From contig CM119371.1 of assembly GCA_051294905.1 (NCBI GenBank), forward strand, positions 3,846,001 through 3,910,000: a stretch of DNA of 64,000 nt, read 5' to 3'. This DNA is from Botryllus schlosseri (taxonomy: Eukaryota). The position numbers and the translations under genes were made by a program. The notes below the pieces were generated by a model. That model did not search any database and had not been told where the DNA came from. It saw only the letters and a program-made list of their open reading frames with translations. Positions within the stretch are counted from its first letter, which is position 1. Every line of letters begins with the position of its first letter. Of this stretch, positions 1 to 13,397 are shown piece by piece.

Positions 1-101
1 ACTCCATATGGACTCTTTGGATCTGCTGTGAACGTGACTTGACTCCCTATGGATGCGTCAGACCTACTGTGGACGTGACGTGACTCCCTATGGATATGTC
101 A
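1..101. repeat. 41-bp minisatellite (about 2.5 units visible, probably runs off the window)
   Basis: ACTCC(A/C)TATGGA recurs at 1, 42 and 83; the first two units also share CTGTG(A/G)ACGTGAC. Confidence 0.8.
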
Positions 102-551
102 TTTACCACCTGTTCTATTCCTCGGGATTACCATATCAGGACTCCCCTCCACACCTGGTGCAATTACATGGAATTCAACATCATATAAACTAACGAACTG
201 TTTATATTGGGTTACTGGAAAACGACAATTGCAAAATACAAGTACAACATTAACTAATGAACTATTACTTGTTAACAAAGTTCAGGCTTACGTGAAAAAT
301 CGATCAGGAAATCACTACGAATAAATGTGTCAGTGGGATTTTGTATATAACAGCAAGTTCTAAGTCAATTTTATATTACCATTACAAACATTTCAATTGA
401 AGTGCATCATGAAATTAGAAATAAACGTGTCACATGACTTTGAAAAAGTACAACTGCTAATACAACTAAAACAGGGAAAAGCATGAAGCAATCATAAGTA
501 ATAATTTACATTGCATATGATAAAACGATGCATCATTTGCACTGCATCATG

Positions 552-3452
552 TTAAGAGCGCGAGCGCGTATTCGCAATAAACTTGGTTGCAAAAACAGTT
601 TTCTTCTTGGTCTTTGTTTTGCCTGAAACATATACAACAATGTCAGCAGATCATTTGGAATTTGTGTCAGGGCTTCAATTTCTATTTCCTCGTGCATTAA
701 TTGTGATATGTCTTGTTATCCGCTACCGCTACTTCTACTTGTGCTGAGTGATAATTTATGACGATACTACCATGTCTACTCGAGTGCGGGAAGCTTCTGA
801 CGTAGTGATACGGAGTATGCAACCCGTCAATCAAATTAAATTGTGGAAACACTTCAAGTACATACTTCAGTACTTTCCAGAACTTCTACTTTACCTAAAA
901 TAGTTTTGATAAGCCGTGTATATCGCTGCTTGAGTGCTTGAACCCGAGTAGAAATACATTGCGTTACTCTTACTTGTACTAGACTACTGACGCTACAAAT
1001 ATTTCTAATTGAGTGCTGAAAATGGTTACTTTCCTTATCTCTGTTTAAAAGCATACAACTACGAAATTCCTCAGGTCTCCATATTTTGACCGTGTCAACA
1101 CTTGGAAGTAGTTTGATGTCTTGTAAATCGCTATTTATACTATTTAGTACGGTACTAACGATGAACACTTTGACCACCTTCATTTCGAACTTACCACCTA
1201 CTACAACTAGGGCTTGCCACGGATCTGAATAGAGTAACGATAAGTCGAAACAGATGATCTTTTAGGGTACATAAATTGTACTCAACAAGAATTAGAATTC
1301 CGATTCTATGTACCACTGCGAGGCCTAAAAACATCGATTGGTCATATCGCAGAACACGGAACATGTAGGACGTAGCTACGCACGATCGTGTCAATGACAA
1401 ATGTATTGTCTCAAAGTACAATGAAATAGGAATTATCTTAAATCTGAAAAACTTTCTTCGATGTAATGTAGAGCCGGTATTCATTTTCTTTGAAGTCGCA
1501 TAGGAGATAGATATTTCAACTTTTCCTTGTTCTTAATGTTGTCACATCATATAGAGCAGAGGCTTCAAATTCAAATGTGGTCGCAGCTCGCAGGTCATTT
1601 TCCAGAATTTTGACGACGCAGCAAGATAAGGATATTCAATGTATAATTTCCATGTAGGCCTTATTTGACGGGAGCTTGCAGACAAGCATTCCACAAACAT
1701 CTCGAGAATGTAATTTACTATTGTATCATTCACGTTTGACACGAAAAAAAAGTTTTGAATATTTCAATAAAATTATTTTTGTGCTGGGCATAATTTGTTA
1801 AAATAATGAGTTATAGAGATAATGCAATATGATGCATCATGACATCGTCAAACTCTGGGTTATAATATTGCAGTTGGTGGACCTTTGACGTGTCACAGTT
1901 TTTTGTAGGGTATTTTAAAATCTACTGAAATTTGATCTGGTATTTGAGCATTTGAGCGATGTAGCCTAATCCGGGTTTTGATATAGTCGTGATAAGTAGG
2001 CTGTTGCTACTGTCATTACCGAAGTCAAATTAATTCAGAATTAGATGTTGCCTTCGATTATTATTGGAACATATCAATAACAACTTTAGCCATAGTAATA
2101 ACATTGTTTCTTAGCCTTAGCGATCGCACCCTTCATGCTACTTAAAAGATTTCTAGCAGCCCACAATTTATTTTCAACACAATTTCTAATGGTACCTATA
2201 TTAAAATCAGATAGTCAATTCACATAAAATTGCGCATAGCACGAGAACCACAGCATATAGGTCTAATTCCACGATGAATACCGTACCCTCGGATGTGGTG
2301 CTTCGTACCACGAGAGGGTCTACGGGCCCTGGTTAAGAACCCTTGGGATAGAATAGAGCACAAAATTTTCTTTTAGAACTTTTTAATTCATTTTGAAGTG
2401 AATTTTACAAGCTTGGTAAATGGCTAATTGTACAGCAGTAGAAATTCAAGGCGTTGCAATTGCAACTATTTCAACTCCAGTGCAAACAATAATTACTTTG
2501 ACCACCAGCTATGATTAAACGCTAAGAAGGCCTACGCAACACCTCAACCAAATCTACTTTTTAAAACTTATTATTTGTATACTTTCCAGAACTGCATTAT
2601 CTACTTCCATTTCGGGTAGATCTAACGCAACTTTAAAGTTGCTACCTCTAGGTGTGTATAAATCCATAACATTACATCTACTTCAGTTCAAAAGATGATT
2701 ACTTTCACATAGCCTCTGGTTTCCATGAAGTGTAATCAATGTTTTATACCTTTCGACTTTTTCCTGAGGATGACACAGCACCGATTTACAGCAACGCTTG
2801 TTCCATGTGGCAGTAGTACTTCCGAACGTTTTTGGTTCCAGTCATCAAGACATTCTTTGTACAGTGTTCTTGGCGTTGTTGAACACCATCAATTGAAGAC
2901 ATTGCCGATCCAAATAATCAAAATTATTATAATGTTTGTAGTGAAGCCATTTGTCAAGAAGCCAAGCCAGGAATCTAGAATATCCTGTAAAAAATAACAA
3001 AGACAATGAAGTTCAAGCTGGACCATTCCCATATTCTACTCACTATAATGACTAATCAGTAGGGCTGAGCACATTGGTATGGTTACTCAAATCTCGAATG
3101 AGTATCAATTCTTATGATTCGAGCCAAGTATGTGACTATTTTCAAGACAGCCTACTGAAATTACACGCTCTATGCCACTATAAGAATGCAGTTGATAATA
3201 AAATTATAGTTCCATCCAGCACGTTTTAGAAGCCTGATTGCGAACCACCGTAAATAGTATATTCCCGCATCATCGATGGCACTTTTTTCAGGGTAATAAA
3301 TTGCTCATTATTGAACAATCATAAATCATCATAAATAGTTCGTAACTTCAACTTACATAATTCAACATCTTGATCCATGAACAATGCACCACTGCGGCGC
3401 CTTCCTCTGAAGTTTAGAACTACATAACATTGCCTGTTCAATATCTAGTCTC
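552..3452 (-). other. Candidate spliced non-coding transcript or decayed gene
   Basis: GT-AG-bounded blocks at 3357-3452, 2750-2984 and 552-622. The last two join in frame, but with a TGA at 2889-2891. The 3357-3452 block has stops in all frames. Confidence 0.3.
854..1742 (-). pseudogene. Decayed intronless coding relic, possibly an NLR (NACHT winged-helix/LRR) C-terminal region
   Basis: Three consecutive same-strand ORFs (1542-1742, 1191-1484, 854-1183). HLNLK loosely resembles NACHT FxHLxxQE, and LSLTRSCVATSYMFR resembles NLR LxLxxxDCxAxxYxL. Weak motif recall only. Confidence 0.25.
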
Positions 3453-4604
3453 CTGGTAGAAATGAAGTAACTTTGTATACACAAACACAGATATGTCCCA
3501 TCCATATATAGTAAGAAACCATTGATAACAAGGTTGTGTTTTCTTATCGACGGCAAGATGACCATCAAGCAATCAGCCTTCCTTAGGGCCCATCCATAGC
3601 CTACTTTTTTAATACTGCTGCAATGCAGGCAATGTTTTCATGTATATATACTAATATCGAAAGTTATAATCAAGCTATAAAAGTATGCACGGAGGCCGTG
3701 CCAATATTGCGGTAACATTGCCAACAACCCGTCTGCACCAGACCATGAACATGTTAAGTTTATAGAGTTTATAATTGGTTTAGTGTTGGAGTATCCTTTG
3801 ATTAGAGCGAGGTTAAAGATGGGCTAACAAACTATTATAATGTTGCTCCTAAAATACCCTAAATACAAACCAATATTGCCATAAATTCTTACATGTTCAT
3901 GTTCACTGAAAGCCGCAATTATATTTATTAACGCTATTATAGATGGTTATATACTGTTGTGGACACAAAAATGGATGTTAATGTGATGCTACAATCTTCA
4001 TGCATCCACAAATTCAGCAATCTCACATTCCATAAAGGAACATTCCACATTTCTATTAGCCTACATAACATTTCAAAATTCAGTATATACCGATATGTTA
4101 TAAAATACCGGTACATTACTTTATGCGGCATCTAGTTTGTTGATTGGGTCCTGCAGTCCTAAGAAATCCTTGTAAAACTTGTCACAGGATGCACATGAAA
4201 TGTCAAGTTATTGCTTGTGAGACATTATATGCAACAGAGCACAACAAATCAGACTTCTATGATCAATACATTATCATATAGTATCAAATGTACTACCATC
4301 GGCTTGCATGAGTTACCGATTAGCAGCGGGTCGATCAATTTCGTCTGTATAGCTGATATTACAGCCGTGTCACTATAATCATATAGTCGAATTCACTATC
4401 GCATCAGCAGTTCATGATGATCGAGAGTCGAGACTGTTGCTGTTTATTAAATATAGCACTCAAATACCAAGCTTCCTGCCCTTCCGGTACTCATGATAGA
4501 GACATCTCACAATCCACGCCGTTTCCAATAAAGAACTAAACCATTACTGTGATAATTCGTCCCTCCGCCATTGCTATTACATACGCTGATCAAATTGAAT
4601 TACA

Positions 4605-4616
4605 CGCGCATGCGCG
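4605..4616. promoter_or_regulatory. NRF1-type palindrome
   Basis: CGCGCATGCGCG contains the GCGCATGCGC consensus and lies upstream of the candidate minus-strand transcript. Confidence 0.35.
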
Positions 4617-4760
4617 ATGCTCGCCAAATAGAAGAAGGCAGGCTTCTGGTTTTATGGTTGGATGAATTTGTAGCAACATGCGTGTTCGACTCCATTATCG
4701 AAATAGCCGAGAGGATTGCTTACTGCGTTGTTCCGTGATTGGAATAGTCATGACAATCCC

Positions 4761-5063
4761 GGTCCGTGGACATATGAGCATGCGACATTACAGCATGCGA
4801 GACTTCGGCATGCGACAATTTGACATGCGACGCATGATCATGTGGGTTAAATTACGGGTTAGGGGTAGGTTAGGGCTGGATTTATGGTTGGGTTAGGGTT
4901 AGGCTTTAGTTTAGGTTAGGCTAGGTTAGGTTAGGTTAGGCTATGTTTCGGGTTAGGGTAAGTTTTTGGGTTATACAGTCACATGCTAAAGTGACGCATG
5001 CTGATGTGTTCCATGCTGAACTGTCGTTTTCCATTGTGTCGCATGCTCATGTGTCGGGCAACC
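4761..5063. mobile_element. MULE-type MITE with internal telomere-like TTAGG/TTAGGG repeats
   Basis: 9-bp TSD GACAATCCC (4752-4760 and 5064-5072); inverted subterminal GCATGCGAC repeats; second copy at 49015-49296. Confidence 0.8.
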
Positions 5064-5649
5064 GACAATCCCATCATGACGATTATCAAGTTCTGATGTC
5101 GGAAGATTTCACATGCATTTCGAGTATTTGCCCCTGATGTGGGCATTTTCCACTCAGTAATGTCACAATAAAATAAGCAACTGTGTCTCTGTATCGCACA
5201 TTAAATCGAGCCTCTTTAGCACTGTGCGACCACAATGATCGATAGCCGGGCTTGTGAAATTGCAGGCGATGGGAAAGTCATCACCATATCAACATTCACG
5301 GCTTCACTCCACTAGATTTCACTTGTATCATGAGTGTATTCAACACAACTTATTTAGCATTGACTGCAGAATAATGCACATTTGAGTTCATTGAAACGAT
5401 TTTCCAGTAAGGACATCCAAATCAACTACTGTGTAGGTGGCATCCAGGCATCACACTATTATGGCATCCACTGGGATGGTCATTGGTAAGTGGCATAGGA
5501 GCACTCTAAAAGTTACTTCCTCTGGGGGTCACTTGGAGTTACATAATTGGACGTCAATTTGTGACTTACTGAGCAAGTCCTCAGTCACTAAAAGTGGGAC
5601 GTGGGACGATTGGGCACAATTGTGGACGTACCCGTAAGTCTGTGGGAGA

Positions 5650-6192
5650 TCGGGTGTTTGCTGGGTAGTGTTCCGTCATTGCAAGTCGATCTGGAATGGA
5701 CAATACCAAAGTACTGACCAGGGAGCAACGTATCGACAATACCAGCCTAACATCGACACGGCAATTCCAGGACAAGCATCGAGAAAAAATGAATCCACGT
5801 TATTTCGGTTACGAACGGGACACTGCGGATTGAATGGACATCTCCACAGTGGAGTGGACATCTCCATCATGGAGTCATCGAAGACGTGCGTCATTTTTGA
5901 TGGATTGTCCGATACTAGAGCAACGCAGACAGATACTAAGAAACAGTGTGCATAGAAAGAGAATACCATTCGACTCGGAAAACTTATTGACAGACACCAA
6001 TATTTTACAACACGTAATCGACTTTGTAACATCATCGGGACGCCGTATATAAATATTTACATTTGACTTCTGACTGAGCGTACTGAATTTGCAAGTTATC
6101 TTGTGTTAGTGATGGAATTTGTTGTCACGTGGTGCAAAAGACCACGCTGTTATAAGCACCATAACATGCTTTTAATAATAAATAATAATTAA
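5650..6192 (+). mobile_element. 5'-truncated LINE 3' end (I-like clade, RNase H/CCHC C-terminus), decayed
   Basis: STLFRLRTGHCGLNGHLH...FLMDCP...LQHVIDFVTSSGRRI*, followed by a 3' UTR and an AAT-rich tail at ~6173-6192. Confidence 0.8.
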
Positions 6193-6351
6193 AAGAGCAA
6201 TGGAAAATTTTTAGGCTGATAAGGACCGAGTCTATTTGCCTCTAATTATTGCTTTAAAAAGGAAACCGCACGTACGGCGTACGGCGTACTGCGCAGTGAC
6301 TGGGCGAGTGTGCACAGACCCGTCAAAATTAGTGGGAACATTGGTTGTAAC

Positions 6352-6868
6352 TAGGGCTGGGCATAATGATTCGAGTACTCGAATCTGAATCGAGTAGTAA
6401 TTTTGATGATTCGAGTCGAGTAGTAAAATACGATTTTTTCGAGTACTGAAATTATACGCTCCTCGCCGCTGAAAGTTGATTTATCAACAAGAACTATAGT
6501 GTCGATACTAATTTTCAGTGAGGAAGCCTTGAAACCTTGACTGGTCGTACCGTAGCATACAATACATAGTACAAAGCTACAAAAGTTACTGGGACGAATA
6601 ACGCATTTCTGAAGTCATGATCATTCCACAACATTGCCACCCAGTGAAATGAAATCAGTGTGGTCCAAAAATACCTAGCTATCTTTAATATGATGGATAA
6701 TGGACATTACATTCCTTGTGGCGGCATAAAAGGTACAAATTTGTACTTTGAAATACTGTATTCGGTTATGACGTCATAATAAGTGATACTCGATTACTCG
6801 ACTCGACTCGAAGCAGTATACGTGATTCAGAATCGAATCACCCGGGTACTCGATTTTGCCCAGCCCTA
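6352..6868. mobile_element. hAT MITE
   Basis: TIR TAGGGCTGGGCA/TGCCCAGCCCTA; TSD GTTGTAAC on both sides; subterminal TCGAGTA repeats. A related fragment starts near 3060. Confidence 0.85.
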
Positions 6869-7662
6869 GTTGTAACCAAGTCACAAGGTTACGAGTCACA
6901 GGGAAATCCTACTCTTATAGTAATTCTCAATTCAGCACTGAGTCAAGTGCCAGGACATGTCATTGTTGCGCTTTTAAGTTTCAAGTTCGAGTCATATTCA
7001 TGGCACTTTTTATACAACTTCGACATGGTTTTTCCCCACAAAAAGCATTTTCTGGTCCCAATGTATCCAGTAACAGCATTACTGGTCGACGAAAAACGAA
7101 TAATGGGGTAACTTTACTCTTTTTCGCAGGTACAATGACATGCTGTATTAGCAGTCCAAGTCTCGAGTCACATAACTTCTCCAGTCGGCGGGCCGGATAT
7201 AAGAAAATTAAGTACTTAGCGGGCCGGATTGCTGAATCGATACATTATTCGCCCATTCATCCCCATATAGGCCTACAAGGAATAAATCGTATTTAATGAA
7301 TGTATTTCAACGGCAGCAATGTCACGTCAAAGCCATTTCTCGTCGATATTGACGAAGGCAATGCGGATTTGAGAATACCATTGTCATACAGGCACCGCCA
7401 TGTCTGCTTTTATCTGATCAATCAACACACGGTGCAATCCTTAATTAGGATTTCAAGGCGATCGATAACCTCGGGACCCCTAATTTACCAAGATATCAAT
7501 TCATCAGGGTTGAGTAGGTGACGAAATAGCCTCGTTGTTCAACTGTGTGGCCTGAATAATCTCGATATTGAATTCATGCGGTCCGCGTCCTCTACGAAAT
7601 TTTCAAAGTGGCCCGCGAACCGTTTTGAGTTGGCGACCCTTGATATATAAGCGGTGTCTTAC

Positions 7663-8085
7663 TAAGGTTACCATACGTCCTCTTTTAAGAGGATTTGTCC
7701 TCTTTTTTTGCTTTTTTGAAAGTGTTCCCGGAGGACGCCCAAATGTCCTCTTTTTTTAGATTTTGTCCTTTTTTTGAGAATTTTGGTTAAATGTATGGTT
7801 AAATCGACTGAGATACTGTAAATTAACACTGAAGTAACGCTCCAGCGGCTATTTCGGGAGATCAGCCGGAACTTTGACTATTTTGTTAGTCAACCAACTG
7901 ATAATGTGAAAGGAAAAACTGTATTTTAGGTGCTGAGTGAGAAAGTTGACCTTTCTTTCATTTTAGTTAACCGATCGCGAAGTGGGAAAAATTTACCATT
8001 TTTTCAGAATTTTCCTCCGGTTTTGCAAGTCTGAAAATTTTGAAGAAGTGTCCTCTTTTTAGATTTTCAAAATATGGTAACACTA
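7663..8085. mobile_element. hAT-type MITE (family with three copies in the window)
   Basis: TIR TAAGGTTACCATA/TATGGTAACACTA; TSD TGTCTTAC/CCTCTTAC; homologous to 47764-48068 and 57827-58268. Confidence 0.8.
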
Positions 8086-11000
8086 CCTCTTACAAAAGCC
8101 TAGAAGTGTGTCGTGCTACTATAGTCGGCGGTTAGGGATTGACAAATAAGAATATCAGCCTGGTGTAAACGACCATTGTTGTCGACAAACAAAATGATTT
8201 CCGCAAACGACATTAGGGTGGTTGATTACATCGTGAATGTCGATAATGCAAGTCTTCTCGCTTCGACGAACTTACGCGTAAGCTCCACTCTCGGACACTT
8301 CACATACACGTAGGCTATATCATAACATACAGTCACTAAAATTTGACGGAGTAAGCAATTAGTGGGAGATCTCGGCAGACTGGGGTCGCGGGTCAAATTA
8401 TCATGTAAGACGTCAATCTCTCCGTGGGCCATACAAAATCCCTTCGTGGACCGGATCCGGCCCGCGGGCCGTATGTTGCCCGCACCTTATATAGGCCATA
8501 GTCATGCGCAATGACTTGAGCCTATATAACTGGAATTGAAAAAAAACTGACTCGAGTCAGGCCAGACCACTAAAAATGGCAATTTGAGTCATTACATCTG
8601 TGGTCAGATTTTGTGATTCACCTCTACAATCTGCCCGACAAAACAATTTCATTTCCGTCAAATAATCTAATAAAAGAGGTGCCTCGAGTATGCCACTCAA
8701 AACATCATAACTTACCACATAAAGGAGTTGCCGATCAATTGATATACATGTTTAGGCTACTTTTTAAATCTACCAGATTTAACATTCTCTAAAATGTCTG
8801 GATATATGCTATCTTTGGCACAAGTACAACGCTCGACATCAATTCGTTGCTTAACCATATATAGAAGTAAAAACTGCAGAAACACGTCTATTTGTTCATG
8901 CATCAAATGTAATCCTGCACCAGTATTGGTCGCGTGGGACTTGAGCCGAACCTCGGCGCCTGTTACTTGATAGTCTAACGCAAGATCAGTAGTCTACTGC
9001 GTGGGTGAGCTGGACACCTTATGCTTCACATTGAGCTTGCAGGTAACGGCATACAAATGTAACAATGTATATTTGGAAAAAAAATGATTTTTTGCGTGAG
9101 CATAAATAACACGTGCTTAGTTCACTACTGAAACTTCTTTTGCAGAGGCTTGTAGCTTTATTACGAGAAGCTCAACATTACAACCTGTCGAAACCGGGGG
9201 CTCCCTTCGTCCAACATAGGCATTCATTAATAAACATCATGTGACAACTTTGTGTCTCACATTTCATATGAAACAGATAAGGTGTATGCATGCAAGTTAG
9301 TGTAGCATTTAACAAGATTTTATGGATTAACATTATAGTGAATAGCAATAAATACTGAAACAACGACACTACGAATTTTGGACCACGCAAACAGCTCAGT
9401 AAACAAAATATACTTTAACGCAAGTCATTCAACTATACCGTTTGTTTATTCTCGTAGATAACAGGGAAGCGCACAGGCCGACAATATTACATAAGGCGTA
9501 TTATATATTTACCTTGGATGTACTAACTTTGCCTTTATAGTTGCTCGAATTTATTAGATGGCCGAACCAATTGATCTATCAATTTTCAAGTCCCTACTAA
9601 TTATTTTATGTGATCACGAATCATTGCATCAATCATACATTGGAAACATGCGGTGAATTATATCAAGACAATAATTCGAGTCACTATTTCCAAGTTACTG
9701 TTTAGAATACAACCAAATTCTGGATGGAAGCTGGTTGCATTGTTAACATATCGATTTGTGAAACTAGATTAACATATCTGAAATGTTTTGATTGGGAAGA
9801 TTAAGCCGTGTTCGTAAAAACCACACAGCGTATTGTGGATATCAGGAAATATTTTACAAATGTAATTGTCTCCAGTAACCAGGACAAAAGATGAAACAAC
9901 AATTTCCTTTGTTGAACAATAACCGGTACAATACTTGATCATCGTAATCTGCGGTGAGAAATGAAACACTTTCGTGCATTACTCGGTGTCAAGATATCGC
10001 ACTAGGTGAATTGTCATACCGCCGCCTGATTAATGCTTAATCCGTTCGAACCATTTCACGCACTTTGATCATTACAAAAGTAAATTGTGACATGTTTGTT
10101 AGATGCATCGAATTCAACTAGAAGTGTCTAGTGCCCAACACTCGTAATATCGAAAAAGTACTTGCTGCACTGTTATTTGCTAAACGTGTTTTGCATTGTT
10201 GTTCATTTCTAGTATTGATTGAAATCGTTCTTGAACCCTCAAATAATAATTCCCGACATGAAACCAAGCCGCTGAAAGTCGTTACCATCACGAAGAAACA
10301 ATGTGTACGATGTTTGTCAAATGTGTCCTACCTGGTCAACAGAAAACAATTTTCACTCACTCGAAATGAAACCAATGTGATGGTCTCCACTCGATATTTT
10401 GTTTGTGTCAAATACTTTGCAATGAACACATTTGCGTGGTTGAGCTTTACATCATCAAGCTGTTATTTGTAAATCAAGATTCCGGTAAACTTGTAAATGT
10501 GTCGTTTAACTAACCGACATTTAGTGATTGGGGAACATACCACTTCGAAATACTGCGTTGATCGTAATTTCCATCATCGTGATAATCGAAGTACATTTCT
10601 TTCGAATTCATAACAATCGGCAACGACATGATAAATTTTTGACAAGTTATGCTTAGAAGATTGGTTGCATATCGCGAAAAATAATATACCACTCATATTG
10701 ATACTGTTACTCCATTGATCGATATTTTCAAACGAGTAAAATTTATTACTTGAGTTTCTCCGCTTAATGTAAATGCAAACTCAGCCGTCTTTTAACATCA
10801 CAAAGGCATTGATAAAAAGTAGACAATCAAACGCTACAAGTTTAACTTTTGTAGGTTGTGTATGATTACCCCACGCAACTCATTTCTTACCAAAAGTAGA
10901 TGAAATATATTCATGGTACACGAAAATACTCGACATTCCCATGCTACGAACCTGTACAATGATTGGTGACGCTTTCAAAACTGTTTCGATACCTCAAGAC

Positions 11001-12100
11001 CTTTATTGTCTGAATGGATGTTCATGTATCTTAATAATCAAATAGTTCAACACAGAACCAGTACGAACAGAAACACCAGAGTTGTTTACACAAAAGTTTG
11101 TATGTGTACAGTATGCGAATACCATGTGCAAGTCCAGCACAATTGCGGTATCCATCCGAGTTTAGTTAACACAAATTTATTACAACGGAACCACGTAAAC
11201 TTTCGTGAAAGAAAAGCATACTCACTTCCAGAGGGTTATGTCAATACCATAGCAGTAAATCAGCTACGCCAACAAGAAAGTACATATGTTTTCTAGTCAC
11301 GGTCCTTCCATCTTTCACATAGATCAATCTACTTTGCTAACGAAAAGTGCTGAGTCGTCACATGATTGCCCTCACAACAAAACAGCTAGAAGATATTATC
11401 ATACAAAAATATTCCTAACCCTTTGAGCACCTGTGACAAATCATACAACGAATATGTTTTGTGTGTCGAATTGTTGTTCAGTGTCAAGTCTACCTGTTGA
11501 AACGTACATTAAAACAACACAGTCACAATTCAATTAAAACCACGAATCTATTTTCATTTCCTCACAAACTGTCACATACAGAAAAATAAATTTTATTCCG
11601 CCAAAACATACTTGTAACCAATCGCTTTCATTAAACACACAACACCATAAAAGTATTTACTTTCTACAACATAGACATTCCGATGTAGTCAAGAAATATT
11701 TTTATTAATTAAAATCATCGACTTCTGTTTACGGCGTTAGTGTGTGCATTTCATATATGTGGGATCCGTATTAAAATGGACACGACGCGACTGAATGTAA
11801 GGAGATAGAAGTCTATCGCATAGATTTACATGTGGTCTTCGCTACGGTTTCAAAAAACTAATCATCTCTTTTGCATTGATCGAGACCGAGCAAGTTAGTT
11901 AATGGCCATGATTGTGTTTGTCATATGCGAATGATAGGGTTACTGTCAAATCTACATACAACAACCTTCTGGCACTCATAATAGCAATTTCATTCTCTCC
12001 TTTCGTAATTGTAGACTCACGACAAGTATATTGTACAACTCGACAGCTACGTTTAACAACACCAACGACACTAAACATACGATACCTACCCAAGTAAAAT

Positions 12101-12600
12101 TACCATTTTCACTTGGCGGGTCGTCGTTTACCTGAGTAAAAATATCATTTTCCTTTGGAGATTTATCGTTTACCTAGTGTAACAAACCCCTTTTTCACTT
12201 GGAAATATATTTTTACCCAGTGTAACAAAACCCTTTTCTTTTGGAAATCTATTTTTGCCCTGGATAACAAACCTTTTTCACTTGGAAATCTATTTTTGCC
12301 CCGGATAACAAACCTTTTTTACTTGGAAATATATTTTTCCCTGGGTAACAAACCTTTTTCACTTGGAAATATATTTTTTCTCTGGGTAACAAACCTTTTT
12401 CACTTGGAAATATATTTTTTCCCTGAGCAACAAACCATTTTCCCTGTGCAACAAACCATTTTCACTTGGCGGGTCGTCGTTTACCTGTGTAAAAATATCA
12501 TTTTCCTTTGGAGATCCGGCGTTTACCCAGTGTAACAATACATTTTCTCTTGGTCATCTAGCTTTTCCTAGAGTAACAAAACCATTTTCATTTTGAAATC
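12101..12600. repeat. Tandem array of ~12 units of 40-44 bp with an imperfect palindrome core
   Basis: TTGG landmark at 12113, 12155, 12199, 12241, 12282, 12323, 12363, 12404, 12466, 12508 and 12550; consensus TTTTCACTTGGAAATATATTTTTCCCTGGGTAACAAACC. Confidence 0.92.
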
Positions 12601-12720
12601 TGACAAACACACCTGACAATTTGGTATTTGTTGTATTGACGATAATTTGAAATAGATTACAACGGATAGCGACAAAATATACACCAACAACAACTCCGAT
12701 ACATTTGTTTAATCAAATAT

Positions 12721-12969
12721 TCACTTGTTCTGATTCATCCCAACAAAATCATTGGGTACTCGCATGCAATAACAATGTGCTGTTGTACATCGACATGTAT
12801 GTTTTCGGAATTGGCGAATAAAGCGGTTTCCGATATGTCTGTATTGTCCGGGTTCGTGCTTTGGATTTTCCAGAGTCAAAATGTCTGAATAAAACACCTC
12901 ATCGACTTTGGTAACTGGTTGATACATGGATAATGGCGTTTGGAAAACGGATGAATTTATGTTCCCCAT
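12721..12969 (-). CDS. 82-aa hypothetical protein with an N-myristoylation-like start and a Cys/His cluster (left-arm copy)
   Basis: ATG start; MGNINS fits MGxxxS; HTCRCTTAHCYC; identical in both arms. Confidence 0.35.
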   Translation of the reverse strand: MGNINSSVFQTPLSMYQPVTKVDEVFYSDILTLENPKHEPGQYRHIGNRFIRQFRKHTCRCTTAHCYCMRVPNDFVGMNQNK

Positions 12970-13397
12970 CGCGCTAACAACACCTGGTTACTTGTGAGTT
13001 TCCTCGGGTCTGTTTACTATATTGTGTCTTTACTGGTCAATACATGTCGCTCCAGTCAGCTGAAACCGGATCACTAATATGAGAAAGTGTGTGGACCGGA
13101 TCCGGATATTCACACATGAACCAACGACCAATATTCAAGTAAACATGTTACAGACCGTGTTTTGTCACCATGAAAAATACCAATGCATACACCATCACAT
13201 CAAGTACGTCACGATTGTTCACAAGTATTCGCGTAAACCAGGTGTACATACAATGTGTCGGTGTACAAACATCATGGGACACAAATTCATGTTCTCAAGT
13301 CTCATCATGCGACGACTCTGTACATTCAATGTGGGTATAGAGGACTTGGGGACATGATACAATGGACAGTGCATTATGCGTACCGATATATTCTCAG

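Larger units (their letters stand above)
9743..13349. repeat. Left arm of a ~3.6-kb inverted repeat
   Basis: Reverse complement of 16211-19816. Mirrored ORF coordinates sum to 29560 (inner part) or 29559 (outer part; 1-bp indel near 11669). Confidence 0.97.

Noticed and set aside
5070..5145. C/D-box snoRNA-like ATGACGA...CTGA
   Set aside because: The C box is imperfect, I recognise no rRNA-complementary guide, and it directly abuts a MITE target site.
12101..12600. CRISPR-like regular repeats, and the 126-aa ORF 12155-12535
   Set aside because: The units are contiguous with no unique spacers, there are no cas genes, and the context is eukaryotic. The ORF is a by-product of the repeat.
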